In this document: positions 11,965 through 22,970 of the stretch, one piece after another
How the letters are laid out: each line of letters begins with the position of its first letter
Numbering within the stretch: the first letter of the stretch is position 1
From: Malacoraja senta
Lineage: Eukaryota
NCBI GenBank assembly: GCA_038087875.1
Contig: CM075988.1
Span: 11,658,001 to 11,718,000, forward strand
Length of the DNA stretch: 60,000 nt
Reading direction: 5' to 3'
Made by a program: the position numbers and the translations under genes
Notes under the pieces: generated by a model
The model's database searches: none
What the model saw: the letters and a program-made list of their open reading frames with translations, nothing else
What the model was told of the DNA's origin: nothing

Positions 11965-12530
11965 CTGGACCAAGTGCAGACCTGTTAAGTCTGCTCCCAC
12001 AACGGTGTGCGTTGGGGAGCTGATGAAGCTGTTTTTGAAATGAGGCCCTCCCCCTGACATCACGGGAAGGTGGTGGAGTATTCTGTTCCACTGTACCGTT
12101 GGTGGGGAGGGGGGCATTGTGACATCACTGGAAGCTGGTTTTAAAAGGTGATTTTGCTTTTTTTGAAACTTTAATCATGAATAACCCATGGGGGTTGGGG
12201 GTGAGGGGTGTGAATAACCCGTGGGGGGGGGCGGAGGGTGTGGCACTCGGCAGCTTGAGAGCCCATTGTGATTGTTGCATTGTGACATCATCAGTGGAAA
12301 GTCCTGGAAAAAGTCTGTGTGTGAGAACCGTTCTTTGCCTTTTTTAAAAACTTGAATCATCAATAACTTGTAAAAATATAGGATGAAATCTTAAGTGAAT
12401 CTGATTACTGGGTGGAGGGGAAAAATGTGAGTCAGAATATGTAAAAATGTAAGCGCTAGTGTGCAGAGTTTTGACGAAGGGAGTAAAACACATGGAAACA
12501 GGCACACACATGCACGCACACATACATATG
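11965..12530 (-). mobile_element. Probable non-autonomous Helitron-like element
   Basis: Minus 3' end: hairpin GCAGAC-7nt-GTCTGC (11976-11994) a few nt from a degenerate CTAG (CCAG) terminus; CA-microsatellite near the other end; no TSD seen. Confidence 0.45.
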
Positions 12531-12800
12531 TCTCTTGTCCAGAGTGGGGCAATTGAGGGGCAGAAGGCATAGGTTTAAAGTGAAGGGGAAAAGATTTTAT
12601 AGGAATCTGAGGGGGACATTTTTCACACAAAGGGTGTATGGAACAAGCTGTCAGAGGAGGTAGTAGAGGCAGGGACTATCCCAACATTTAAGAAACAGTT
12701 ATGAAACATGGATAGGACAGGTTTGGAGAGATATGGACCAAACGTGGGAAGGTGGGACGAGTATAGCTGGACATGTTGTCCAGTGTGGGCAAGTTAAACT
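12530..12800 (+). mobile_element. CR1 3' fragment
   Basis: GGCATAGGTTTAAAGTG...TTTTCACACAAAGGGTG...GGGCAAGTT; same family as 39590-40593. Confidence 0.85.
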
Positions 12801-13853
12801 CACTAAACATTTGCTTAAAGGAAAGGAAAACAAGAACAAAAGGAAGCAGAGTAGAAACCAACTTAATTTTGAGATGAAATAACTCATAATCAATTAATAG
12901 CTATATTTGTAATATTGAAAGAATTGATAATTTGGAAATAAAATTAGATATTTGAAGGAATCATAATGAAAATAATAGTATTAGTAGCAAACTATGTATT
13001 CTATGTGCGTATGAGGAAAGCACTGTATTTGGTAGAAGATTCAAATTGAGTAAATATTTTTTAGGGTTAGCAATTTAAATGAGCATGCCCATTATTTCCT
13101 TTTTGTTGACAGCTCAAAGCACCACTCGGGACAAATAACAGCTTGGGAAAGCACATAAAAATAGGAGATCACGCACAATAACTTTACAGTGCTTAAACAG
13201 ATCTGATCAATACTAGAAACATAACAAATCATAGCTTATCTTCAACCTTAGCACCACCTTCTTGCACTAACCCCATATCTCTTGATTTCTCTACTAGCGA
13301 AACATTCTTCATTCAATCTTCACAAGCTTGTTCCAAAGATTCACGCTCTCTTGGTGAATTTTATTTTGGCCATTTCAGTCTTTTCTGTCCCTGACTATTA
13401 AAAAAAAAAAAAAAAGTTTACCTTCCTATTATTTTGCCAACAAAATGAATGGCACCTTTTTAGCATCATGATCCATCTGAGTTTATTCATTGAAGTAACC
13501 TGTCTATATGACTTAATTAGATAGGAAAAGCATAGAGCACTGCAGGCCTATTTATTTTGAGACCATTATCCCACTTTATAGAATTTCGACAGAGAAAATG
13601 TTATCCCTGCCTCTATCTAGTGAAGTCTGTCAAGAATTGTCTATGTTTCAATATTACCTTATTCTTTTAAATTCTGGAGAATATGGACCCAGTTTACTTC
13701 ATCTCTCCTCAAAGAACAATCCCACAGCCAGGGGACTTAATCTAGAAAATCTCCATTACATTCCCACTTTTGCAAATATCCTTCGCTTGGCAGGGAGCTC
13801 AAACACTAAATTCCAGGCGTGGGTCTAATCAGGGCCTGTATAGCTACAGCAAG

Positions 13854-14820
13854 TCAAGTCAAGTCACATTTATTTATATAGCACATTTAAAAAACAACTC
13901 TCGTTGGCCAAAGTGCTTTACATTTGTTATAAGAATAATATAAACAAACAAACTACATACATTTATACATATAGCCCTCGCTCAGAGGACGTCAAGAAAC
14001 GCTTGGGAGTATAGATACGTTTTTAGTCTTGACTTAAAGGAGTCGATGGAGGGGGCAGTTCTGATGGGAAGGGGGATGGTGTTCCACAGTCTAGGAGCTG
14101 CAACCGCAAAGGCGCGTTCGCCCCTGAGCTTATGCCTAGACCGCGGGTTATTCAGCAGCCCCAAGTCGACCGATCTGAGGGGCCTGGAGGTGGAGTGGTG
14201 GGTGAGAAGACTTTTAATGTAGGTGGGGGCAAGCCCATTGAGGACTTTGTAGACATAGAGGAGGATCTTGAAATGTATACGGAACCGCACAGGGAGCCAG
14301 TGGAGAGAGGCGAGGATCGGGGTGATGTGGTCCCTTTTTCGGGTGCCCGTCAGGAGTCTCGCTGCGGCGTTTTGGACCAGTTGCAGGCGGGACAGGGAAG
14401 ATTGGCTGATGCCAGTGTAAAGGGAGTTGCAGTAATCTAGGCGGGAGGAGATGAATGTGTGGATGATCTTTTCGAGGTCATGAAAGTGGAGGAATTGTTT
14501 TATTTTAGCTATCGTCCGAAGCTGAAAGAAGCTAGCTTTTACCATGGCATTGACTTGTTTGTCAAATTTCAGTGCTGAGTCAAATATCACGCCAAGGTTT
14601 TTGACGTGAGGTTTGAGTAGTGGGGTAAGGCTTCCAAGGCTGCCTGCTATCATTTTGTTTGAGTCCGAGGGGCCGAGAAGGAAGACCTCAGACTTACTCT
14701 CGTTTAGTTGGAGGAAGTTCTGGGCCATCCAACACTTTATATCCTCGAGGCAGTGGGTAAGGTTAAGCAGATTTGATTGGTTTTGGGGCTTCAGGGGGAG
14801 ATAGAGTTGTGTATCGTCTG
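13854..14820 (-). mobile_element. Young 5'-truncated L2-clade LINE
   Basis: L2-type tail TGTAAAGCACTTTGG...TGCTATATAAATAAA(TTGAC)n; TSD AGCAAG at 13848-13853 and 14821-14826. Confidence 0.9.
13982..14818 (-). CDS. L2 ORF2 C-terminal portion (from the RT DDTQLY motif), uninterrupted
   Basis: DDTQLY, WMAQNFLQLNESK, VKNLGVIFDS, SRLDYCNSL, LQLVQNAAAR, HITPILASLHWLPV; the ORF-track N-terminus lies in flanking DNA. Confidence 0.9.
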   Translation of the reverse strand, partial: DDTQLYLPLKPQNQSNLLNLTHCLEDIKCWMAQNFLQLNESKSEVFLLGPSDSNKMIAGSLGSLTPLLKPHVKNLGVIFDSALKFDKQVNAMVKASFFQLRTIAKIKQFLHFHDLEKIIHTFISSRLDYCNSLYTGISQSSLSRLQLVQNAAARLLTGTRKRDHITPILASLHWLPVRFRIHFKILLYVYKVLNGLAPTYIKSLLTHHSTSRPLRSVDLGLLNNPRSRHKLRGERAFAVAAPRLWNTIPLPIRTAPSIDSFKSRLKTYLYSQAFLDVL

Positions 14821-15164
14821 AGCAAGACATCTGTGCACCTTTTAAACCACTGTTTTTGCAATAAAGATCAACAAACTGTTTGCCATCTGATTGCTTGCTA
14901 CCCCCTGCACATAACTTGAACCATGAACACAGCCACACAAGTCTCTGGGCTCTTTTCAATCCCTTACCATTTAAAACAAATATACCACCTTTATATTTGT
15001 TTCAAAGTAGATGACATTTGGGCAGTTTATATTAATTTTCTCTGCTTTCTATTATATAATATTGTCCATTTTTCTTTTGAAATCTCAATACATCTTCTTC
15101 ACAACTCACACTGGCCAAACTTTCTCTCATCAGCAAATGTAGATCTATTACATTTGGTCAGTCA

Positions 15165-15660
15165 GAGTACTCAGTTAAACTTCTATGGGTGCACAGAAGA
15201 GAGCATATTGACTGGTTGCATCACGGCCTGGTTTGACAACTTGAACGCCCAGGAGCGGAGAAGACTGCAACAAATGGTGAACACTGCGCAGTCCATCATT
15301 GGTACTGACCTCCCCACCATCAAAGGGATTTACAGGAGTCATTGGTTCAAAACCCAGCCAGCAGCATCAGAGACCCACACCACCCTGGCTACACTCCCAT
15401 TTCACTCCTTCCCATTTCACATTGGGAGAATGATTTAGGAGTCTGAAAACCACAACCACCAGGTTCAAAAATAGCTTCTTCCCAACAACAATCAGACTCT
15501 TGAATGTCACACAACACTAACCTCAACTAGCAACTGTCTTTGTTTGCACTAAGGATGATGGCATTTTTTTGGACTGGCATTGTAGTTATGATTTTATTGA
15601 ATTTTCTTTGGTTTATGATATTATCTGTGTACGCTGTGTTTATAGGCCTGTTCACACAAT
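15165..15660 (+). mobile_element. Decayed Rex1/Babar 3' fragment
   Basis: NFYGCTEESILTGCITAWFDNL...RRLQQMVNTAQSIIG, homologous to 20709-21209. Confidence 0.85.
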
Positions 15661-17165
15661 GCCACTATTTTTGCATTATATGGGTTGTCTTAAAGAACCC
15701 AATGGTGGAGGTCAGCTACACACAAACTTTGCCTGATCCAGAACCCATTCAGTAAAGCCCAACAACAATGTGGTGAGTTGGAGAAAGGTGGGCATTCCAA
15801 TGGACCTGCATCATGAGAACACCTTGGCCAAGACAGCAAATTGCACGGCAATGGGCTTTATCCTCAGAATCTCTTGCAAAGCCCCCCGTTCCTTGAGCAT
15901 TTAGACTTTCATTGAAGTATGATGGCCAAGTCTCCGCACAATGTTTCGACATACCCAATCAGTCATTTATAAAGATTTAGGCTGATCTCTTTCAATTTAT
16001 GTTATGTACCTCATTTCATAATCTCAAGCAACCTTTCATGGGGAAGGTTTATAAGTGGTTTCCTTGCAGGACATAATTCATTCAAAAGAAACAGTAGGGA
16101 AATAAATCACTTCTTTCTACGAAGAGCCACAAGACATCAATGGAAACAAATTTCTGAAACTGGATACCATGTCCAGCTTCTTCTTTATAAATCATTTAGC
16201 AAGCAAGAATGAATCTCTGGGCATGATTTTTTAAATTTGTTTTATTTTGTGTGTTATGACTCGCAGGCTTGCTGATGATGTATGGTCAGTGGGAGATTCT
16301 CATTAACTTGGTGAGTTATCAGTGGTGCAATGTATCTATTCCCAGTCTAGTGTTTAGCACAATTCCCTGGCATTGTGCTTCATATTCCATCGATTCCTTG
16401 CTTTTCCTCAAGAACCACATGAAGCTGCAGCTGGACAATAAGTATGAATAACCGCAGCAAAGTGTTCCCATTAATCCACAATAATTGATATCTTAGATAT
16501 GTTTGAAATAAGCAAGTTACTGTGGCCAGATAAAACACAAACTGTAGGAAAATGAATCAATACATTGTGACTCTTGTGAACTCTTCTCCCAACAACTGAT
16601 TCTATGATACTTTATGTACTTGTATCTCAGGGTAAATGGGTATGTTCTGTTAAATGAAATTTCATGGTGAACACAGTCAAATAGTGCTTCTGAGCTAAGG
16701 CTTTACATTTGCCCTGACAATGCCCTTCAAGTTAGCCCAGCCCTTTTGATCAAAGAGATAAATACTTGGGTCTGAATCACTCTGAAGTCTATGAGGCAAT
16801 TAATCACTTAAACTTAGTTAGACAGAACGGATTAATTTAATGCGATAGAAAATGTAATAATATTTCATCTGGGCAAGATTGACACCAACCAGGTTGGAAA
16901 AAAGTAAGTAATTGAGGAGGGATCAGAGAACAATTCAGGACATATTGAAAGTTTTTTGAGGAGATTAAACAGAGGAATTCATCATGAGTGAAGATTTGGT
17001 CACAAAGGCTTGAAATTAATATGCAAGTCTCCACTGGTAAACTGGAACGGAGAGCTTGAAATGAGATAAAGGATGGAAGAATATTGCTCTAATAGTTGGA
17101 GTGAAACATAGGATCAAGATTTTAATATATTGAATCCAGAAATAACAAAATGGAGATAAAATGAG

Positions 17166-17399
17166 GTCATAAGGTCATAAGGAATAGTAGTAGAATTAGG
17201 CCATTCGGCCCGTCAAGTTTACTCCGCCATTTAATCATGGCTGTTCTATCTCTCCTAACCCCTTTCTCCTGCCTTCTCCCTATAACTTCCGACACCTTTA
17301 CTAATCAAGAATCTATCTCTCTGCTTTAAAAATATCCACTGTCTTGGCCTCCATGGCCTTCAGTGGCAAATAATTCCACAGATTCACCTCCCTCTGACT
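17166..17399 (-). mobile_element. CR1 3' tail fragment
   Basis: CATAAGGTCATAAGG tail, GGCCATTCGGCCC, TTCCACAGATTCACC; possible TSD AAATGA. Confidence 0.85.
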
Positions 17400-18104
17400 A
17401 AATGAAAAGCGTGTGTGACATTTTGAAGATGAAAACTTGAGGTAAAGGCCTTTGATTAGTTGTTCTCCAGTGATTGAAGCTGGAAAGCCAGTAAGCATAT
17501 GATACTTAAGGATGAAGGCAATGGTTAGGCAGTGGCAGAGAGATCTAAGGACATAATAGGCTCCGTTCTGGAATACTGCCATGTCAGCAACTTCAAATTA
17601 ACTTTAAATTATTTTACCACAATCAAAGTAAAATCGTACAAGCTGCTAACTTAATTAATCCTTCTATGCCAAATCATCCAATAGGTTGGGCAATAAGGTT
17701 AGTGTTCTTTATTAATTATAAGCACAAAGAAGCTAACCATAATCTGCCATGCAATAAGTAGCTATAGACTGGTTACCTAGCAACCTGTATAGCAAGTAGT
17801 TAATAGGCAATTAACAAATTTTGTAACAAAGACTTTAAAGGTAATTCGGTCTAATTCCTATTCAACTGAATTGCTCATTATCAAATTATGCCGGTGATTA
17901 GTATTTGAGACTATAGTTGGTTGTCTATTGATGACTTATTTATCTCTTAAGTGTTAGTCTTTAGTCAGAGTCCTCTGAACTGGGATTATTTTTCCAAGGC
18001 TCTCTGCCCTGGTAAGTTGCTCTTAAAAATCAGTATTTCTGCCAACCTGATCTTCATCTATCTAAATGCCTCCTTGTTTATCTTAGTCAACTGATATCTG
18101 AATG

Positions 18105-18300
18105 ATGAAATAATGCAGAGATTACTGGAAATACTCTGCCAGTTCGGCAGCATCTGTGGAGGTTCTGTTTGGGCCATTGCTCTTTCATCAAAACATTGGT
18201 TCAGTTCTCACTCTCTCTACAAATGGTCTCTGGCTTTATTGGCATATCCTGTATTTTCTACTTTTAATATTTTAATTTGGCAGCATCTGCAGCTTTTGGC
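18105..18300. mobile_element. Old palindromic Penelope-derived element
   Basis: CTGGAAATACTC..GGCAGCATCTGTGG on the left and CAGCATCTGCAG on the right; heavily decayed. Confidence 0.5.
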
Positions 18301-20506
18301 TATTGTTTAAGTGCGTACATTAAGTGTCCAGTGAATCTTTATGTTAATGTTGAAATGTAATATGTTTCTAACTTAGTGCTTTATGCAAGATGTATGATGG
18401 TTGTTTGGAGTTTCAGATACATTCTTCCAGGATGTCCAATGCACATATATTGTATATTAAAATGAAAGAAATGTGCTTTTTTTTTTCTGATGGTACCAAA
18501 GGTTCAGAGCAATGTTTGATGGATGTCATATATAATTTTAAGACAATGATAGGCAGCATTCATTTTATTCATACATGGAAAGTGGTGCTGCTGGCATTGG
18601 CAACGTTCTTTTGTCACAACAGCACCGAAGGGTCAATAATTGTTGGTCAAGTTAGGTGAGTTGGAGATTCTGGTATTATTTCATAATATAAGAACCATCT
18701 CGACCTCCCATTGATGTTGAAATGTGTTCATTAATTTTCCAGTATGTTTTAGAAGTCGGAGATCCTTTAAACTTGAAAGAAAAATAGTTTCTTAAAACAG
18801 TCCAAGCAAAGAATCATCACATTATATTAGAACTGGAAGTGGGTTGGTGCAAGGAGGTCCACGATATGATTAGCTTCAGGATTGTCTCGTGTAGATAACT
18901 GGCATAGTGTGTTGGGGAAGGGTAAATATAAAGTGTGGAGGAGTGAGTGTGTTGTTGCAGAAGTGTATATGATATTATGTTTATCCTTTACCAAGTGCAG
19001 CATGTGACAAGACTTTCTGTGTATGTTGCTATCATTGTTTTGTAAAATGACAATAATGGTAGAGATGACATTTTCCTGTATTTGAGTAAGGTATGGCAAG
19101 GATGTTGTCCCCAATTTATATAGCTTTTTGATTTTAAGTGTCTTTGTTCATTTGACTCATCGGCTATCTATCACTATCTTGGAGAGAGACAATAAGATAG
19201 GATACTGTGCACGTCATTGTAATGAGAACTGTACTGATTGTAAGATAAGAGCAATAGGAAAACATTTGACCCTCTCAACCTCCAACACAAAACTCCGAAC
19301 ATCAATTGAGTGAAGAAATTGCTCTTCATTTTACTCCTGAATGATCCAACCTTTATTTTCGAAATGACTCCTTAGCCAGAGGAAGGATTCTTCCAGCATA
19401 TGCATTGCCAAGCCCTCCGAGTCAACGCTCATTATTTAAAATTCTCAACAAACAGAGCACAAGCCTCCTCAGTTTGTCTATTGATGTCAGGCTTGATATC
19501 TCCCGAGCCAGTTTGGTGAATCAATGGTTTGTATATCATTGTTTGTGACAAAAAGACTAAATTGTGCACGAAATTCCAGTTGTGGCCTTGTCAATACTCA
19601 TCCAGTTGTCATACAACAGTTATGTTGCTTGCATTCAATCCTCTTAGAACATAACTTAGAATCTAGAGCAGTACAGCACAAGAACGGGCCCTTCAGCCCA
19701 CAATGTCTGTTACAATAGACAATGGGTGCGGGAGTAGGCCATTCGGCTCTCTGAGCCAGCATTCAATGTGACCATGGCTGATCATCCACAATCAGTACCC
19801 CCATTCCTGCCTTCTCTCCATATCCCTTGACTCTGCTATCTTTAAGAGCTCTGTCTAGCTCTCTCTTGAAAGCATCCAGAGAACCAAACTCCACTGCCCT
19901 CTGAGGCAGAGAATTCCACAGACTTACAATTCTCTGTGTGAAAAGGTTTTTCCTCATCTCCGTTCTAAATGGCTTACACCTTATTCTTAAACTGTGGCCC
20001 CTGGTTCCAGACTCCCCCAACATCGAGAACATGTTTCCTGCCTCTAACGTGTCCACACCCTTAATAATCTTATATGCTTCAATAAGATTCCCTCTCTTCC
20101 TTCTAAATTCCAGTGTATACAAGCCCAGCCGCTCCATTCTATCAACGTATGACAGTCCTGCCTCCTGGGAATTAACCTGGTGAACCTACACTGCGCTCCC
20201 TCAATAGCAAGAATGTCCTTCCTCAAATTGGGAGACCAAAACTGCACACAATACTCCAGATGTGGTCTCACTAGGGCTCTGTACAACTGCAGAAGGACCT
20301 CTTTGCTCCTGTACTCAACTCCTCTAGTTATGAAGGCCAACATGCCATTTGCTTTCTTCACTGCCTGCTGTACCTGCATGCTCACTTTCATTGACTGATC
20401 AACAAGGACCCATATCCTGTTGTACTTCCCCTTTTCCCAACTTGACTCCATTTAGATAATAATCTGCCTTCCTGTTTTTGCCACCAACGTGGATAACCTC
20501 ACATTT

Positions 20507-22192
20507 CAAGTCAAGTCAAGTCAAGTGAGTTTATTGTCATGTGTCCCTGATAGGACAATGAAATTCTTGATTTGCTTCAGTACAACAGAACATAGTAGGC
20601 ATTGACTACAAAACAGATCAGTGTGTCCATATACCATTCTATAAATATATACACACATGAATCAATATACTGATAAGGTGCCAATAACAGTTAATTGGCT
20701 AATAAAGTTCAGTGTTTTGTCCGAGCCAGGTTTAATAGCCTGATGGCTGTGGGGAAGTAGCTATTCCTGAACCTGGTCGTTGCAGTCTTCAGGCTCCTGT
20801 ACCTTCTACCTGAAGGTAGTAGGGAGATGAGTGTGTGGCCAGGATGGTGTGGGTCCTTGATGATACTGCCAGCCTTTTTGAGGCAGCGACTGTGATAGAT
20901 CCCCTCGATGGAAGGGAGGTCAGAGCCGATGATGGACTGGGCAGTGTTTACTACTTTTTGTAGTCTTTTCCTCTCCAGGGCGCTCAAGTTGCCGAACCAA
21001 GCCACGATGCAACCGGTCAGCATGCTCTCTACTGTGCACCTGTAGAAGTTAGAGAGAGTCCTCCTTGACAAACCGACTCTCCGTAATCTTCTCAGGAAGT
21101 AGAGGCGCTGATGTGCTTTTTTAATAATGGCATCAGTGTTCTCGGACCAGGAAAGATCTTCAGAGATGTGCAAGCCCAGGAATTTGAAGCTCTTGACCCT
21201 TTCAACCACCGACTGTGGGTCCCCATCCTACTCCTTCCAAAGTCCACAATCAGTTCCTTGGTTTTGCTGGTGTTGAGGGCCAGGTTATTGTGCTGGCACC
21301 ATATGGGCAGTTGCTCGATCTCTCTTCTATACTCTGACTCATCCCCATCAGTGATACGTCCCACAACAGTGGTGTCGTTAGCGAACTTGATGATGGAGTT
21401 CGCACTATGTGTGGCTACGCAGTCATGAGTATAGAGTGAGTACAGCAGGGGGCTGAGCACGCAGCCTTGAGGTGCTCCTGTGCTGATTGTTATCGAGGCT
21501 GACACATTTCCACCAATACGAACAGACTGTGGTCTGAGATTGAGGAAGTCGAGGATCCAATTGCAGAGGGATGCGCAGAGACCCAGTTCTGCGAGTTTGG
21601 TAACCAGCTTGGAGGGGATGATTGTGTTAAATGCCGAGCTGTAATCGATGAATAACAGCCTGACATATGTGTTTTTGTTGTCCAAGTGGTCCAGAGCGGA
21701 GTGGAGGGCCAGCGAGATCGCATCCACCGTTGATCTGTTGTGGCGGTAAGCGAACTGCAGTGGGTCCAGGTTTTTGTTGAGGTAGGAGTTGATCTGCGCC
21801 ATGATCAACCTCTCAAAGCACTTCATCACCACAGGCGTTAGTGCCACAGGTCGATAGTCATTGAGGCACGTCACCTTACTCTTCTTGGGCACCGGTATAA
21901 TTGATGCCCTTTTGAAGCAGGTGGGAACCTCAGGCCTCAGAAGTGAGAGGTTGAAAATGTCCATAAAAACTCCAGCCAGTTGGTCCGCACAGGTTTTTAG
22001 AACACGACCAGGTATACCATCAGGTCCAGGCACTTTTCGAGGGTTCACCCCTCTGAAGGATTTCCTGACGTCGGCCTCTGTGACTGAGACTGAAATACCA
22101 TCACAGCGAATGGGGGCTCGGGAAGGCACATCGGTGTTCTCCCTATCAAAGCGTGCGTAAAACGCATTGAGCTCATCAGGGAGTGATGAGTA
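20507..22192 (-). mobile_element. Young 5'-truncated Rex1/Babar LINE
   Basis: (TTGAC)n tail; inserted into CR1 CACATTT|ATCCAC with apparent TSD ATTT. Confidence 0.9.
20709..22190 (-). pseudogene. Rex1/Babar reverse transcriptase, frameshifted
   Basis: GPDGIPGRVLK, LNDYRPVALT, DPLQFAYR, LFIDYSSAFNTI, TGAPQGCVLSP; catalytic FADD reads FAND; frameshift near 21210 before VERVKSFKFLG. Confidence 0.9.
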
Positions 22193-22769
22193 ATTTATCC
22201 ACATTATACTGCTTCTGCCCCCTCCCCCAACCTGTCCAAGTCACCCTGCATCCTCATAGCATCCTCTTCACAGTTCACACTGCCACCCAGCTTTGTGTCA
22301 TCTGCAAATTTGCTAATGTTACTTTTAAATTTGAAGCCAAGACATCTCCTATCTACTTGTGCATAATCCATATTCTTCCATTCCCTGAATATCCATATGC
22401 CTATCCATATGCCTCTATTGTATCTGCCTCAATCACCAATCCCGGCAGCATGTTCCAGGCACTCACCCAGCATCTGTGTGCATTAAAAAAAATAGTTGTC
22501 TCACAAATCTCCTTAAACTTTGCCCCTTTCACCTTAGTATTTGATTGTTCCACCATGGGGAATAAGGTTCTGACACTCTATGCTATCTATGCCTGTCATC
22601 ATTTTATTTACTTCAATCGGGTTTCCCCACCACCAGCTTTCCAGAGAAAACAATCCAACAATCAGTCCGACCTCTCCCGATTTCAATAAAAGTATTTGCC
22701 TTCCTAAGTACTTGCTATACCTGCAAGTTAGTTAGCTGTGTACAATGACATCCAGCCTCCGCCATTGAA

Positions 22770-22970
22770 ACATATTTTTTTCAATCTGTACTTTCCCTGT
22801 TACTGTGTTGCTATAACGCTGTTACACTTCTTTCTGCACTCTGGTCATTTTCTCTTAGCATACCTGTTGTACTTGTGTCTGGCATGGTTGTAATTATTTG
22901 ATATGCTTTAACTGGATAGCATGCAACAACGTTTTTCACTGCATCTCGGTGCATGTGGCAATATAAACCA
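22770..22970 (+). mobile_element. Rex1-type 3' UTR repeat (other copies at about 35015-35240 +, 58310-58460 -, 27120-27180 -)
   Basis: Shared TGGATAGCATGCAA..TTTTCACTG..CTCGGT.CA.GTG.CAAT ending. Confidence 0.55.

Larger units (their letters stand above)
13210..14900 (-). mobile_element. Highly decayed CR1 (host of the L2 insertion)
   Basis: GGTCTAATCAGGGCCTGTATAGCTACAGCAAG|ACATC is continuous across the L2 and resembles the CR1 LYRALVRPH region in antisense. Confidence 0.55.
19200..22750 (-). mobile_element. Nest of three CR1 copies of different ages
   Basis: Old relic at 19200-19645 and 22690-22750; mid copy at 19650-19710 and 22330-22680; young copy at 19712-20506 and 22193-22328 with RT C-terminal ORFs. 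Confidence 0.75.

Noticed and set aside
15700..16250. Possible decayed Tx1/L1 or Helitron coding relic
   Set aside because: Only scattered 3-5 residue resemblances across stops and frameshifts; not supportable without a profile search.
16840..17150. Possible CR1 ORF1 esterase relic (KIDTNQVGK)
   Set aside because: Purine-rich and suggestive but too degraded to call.
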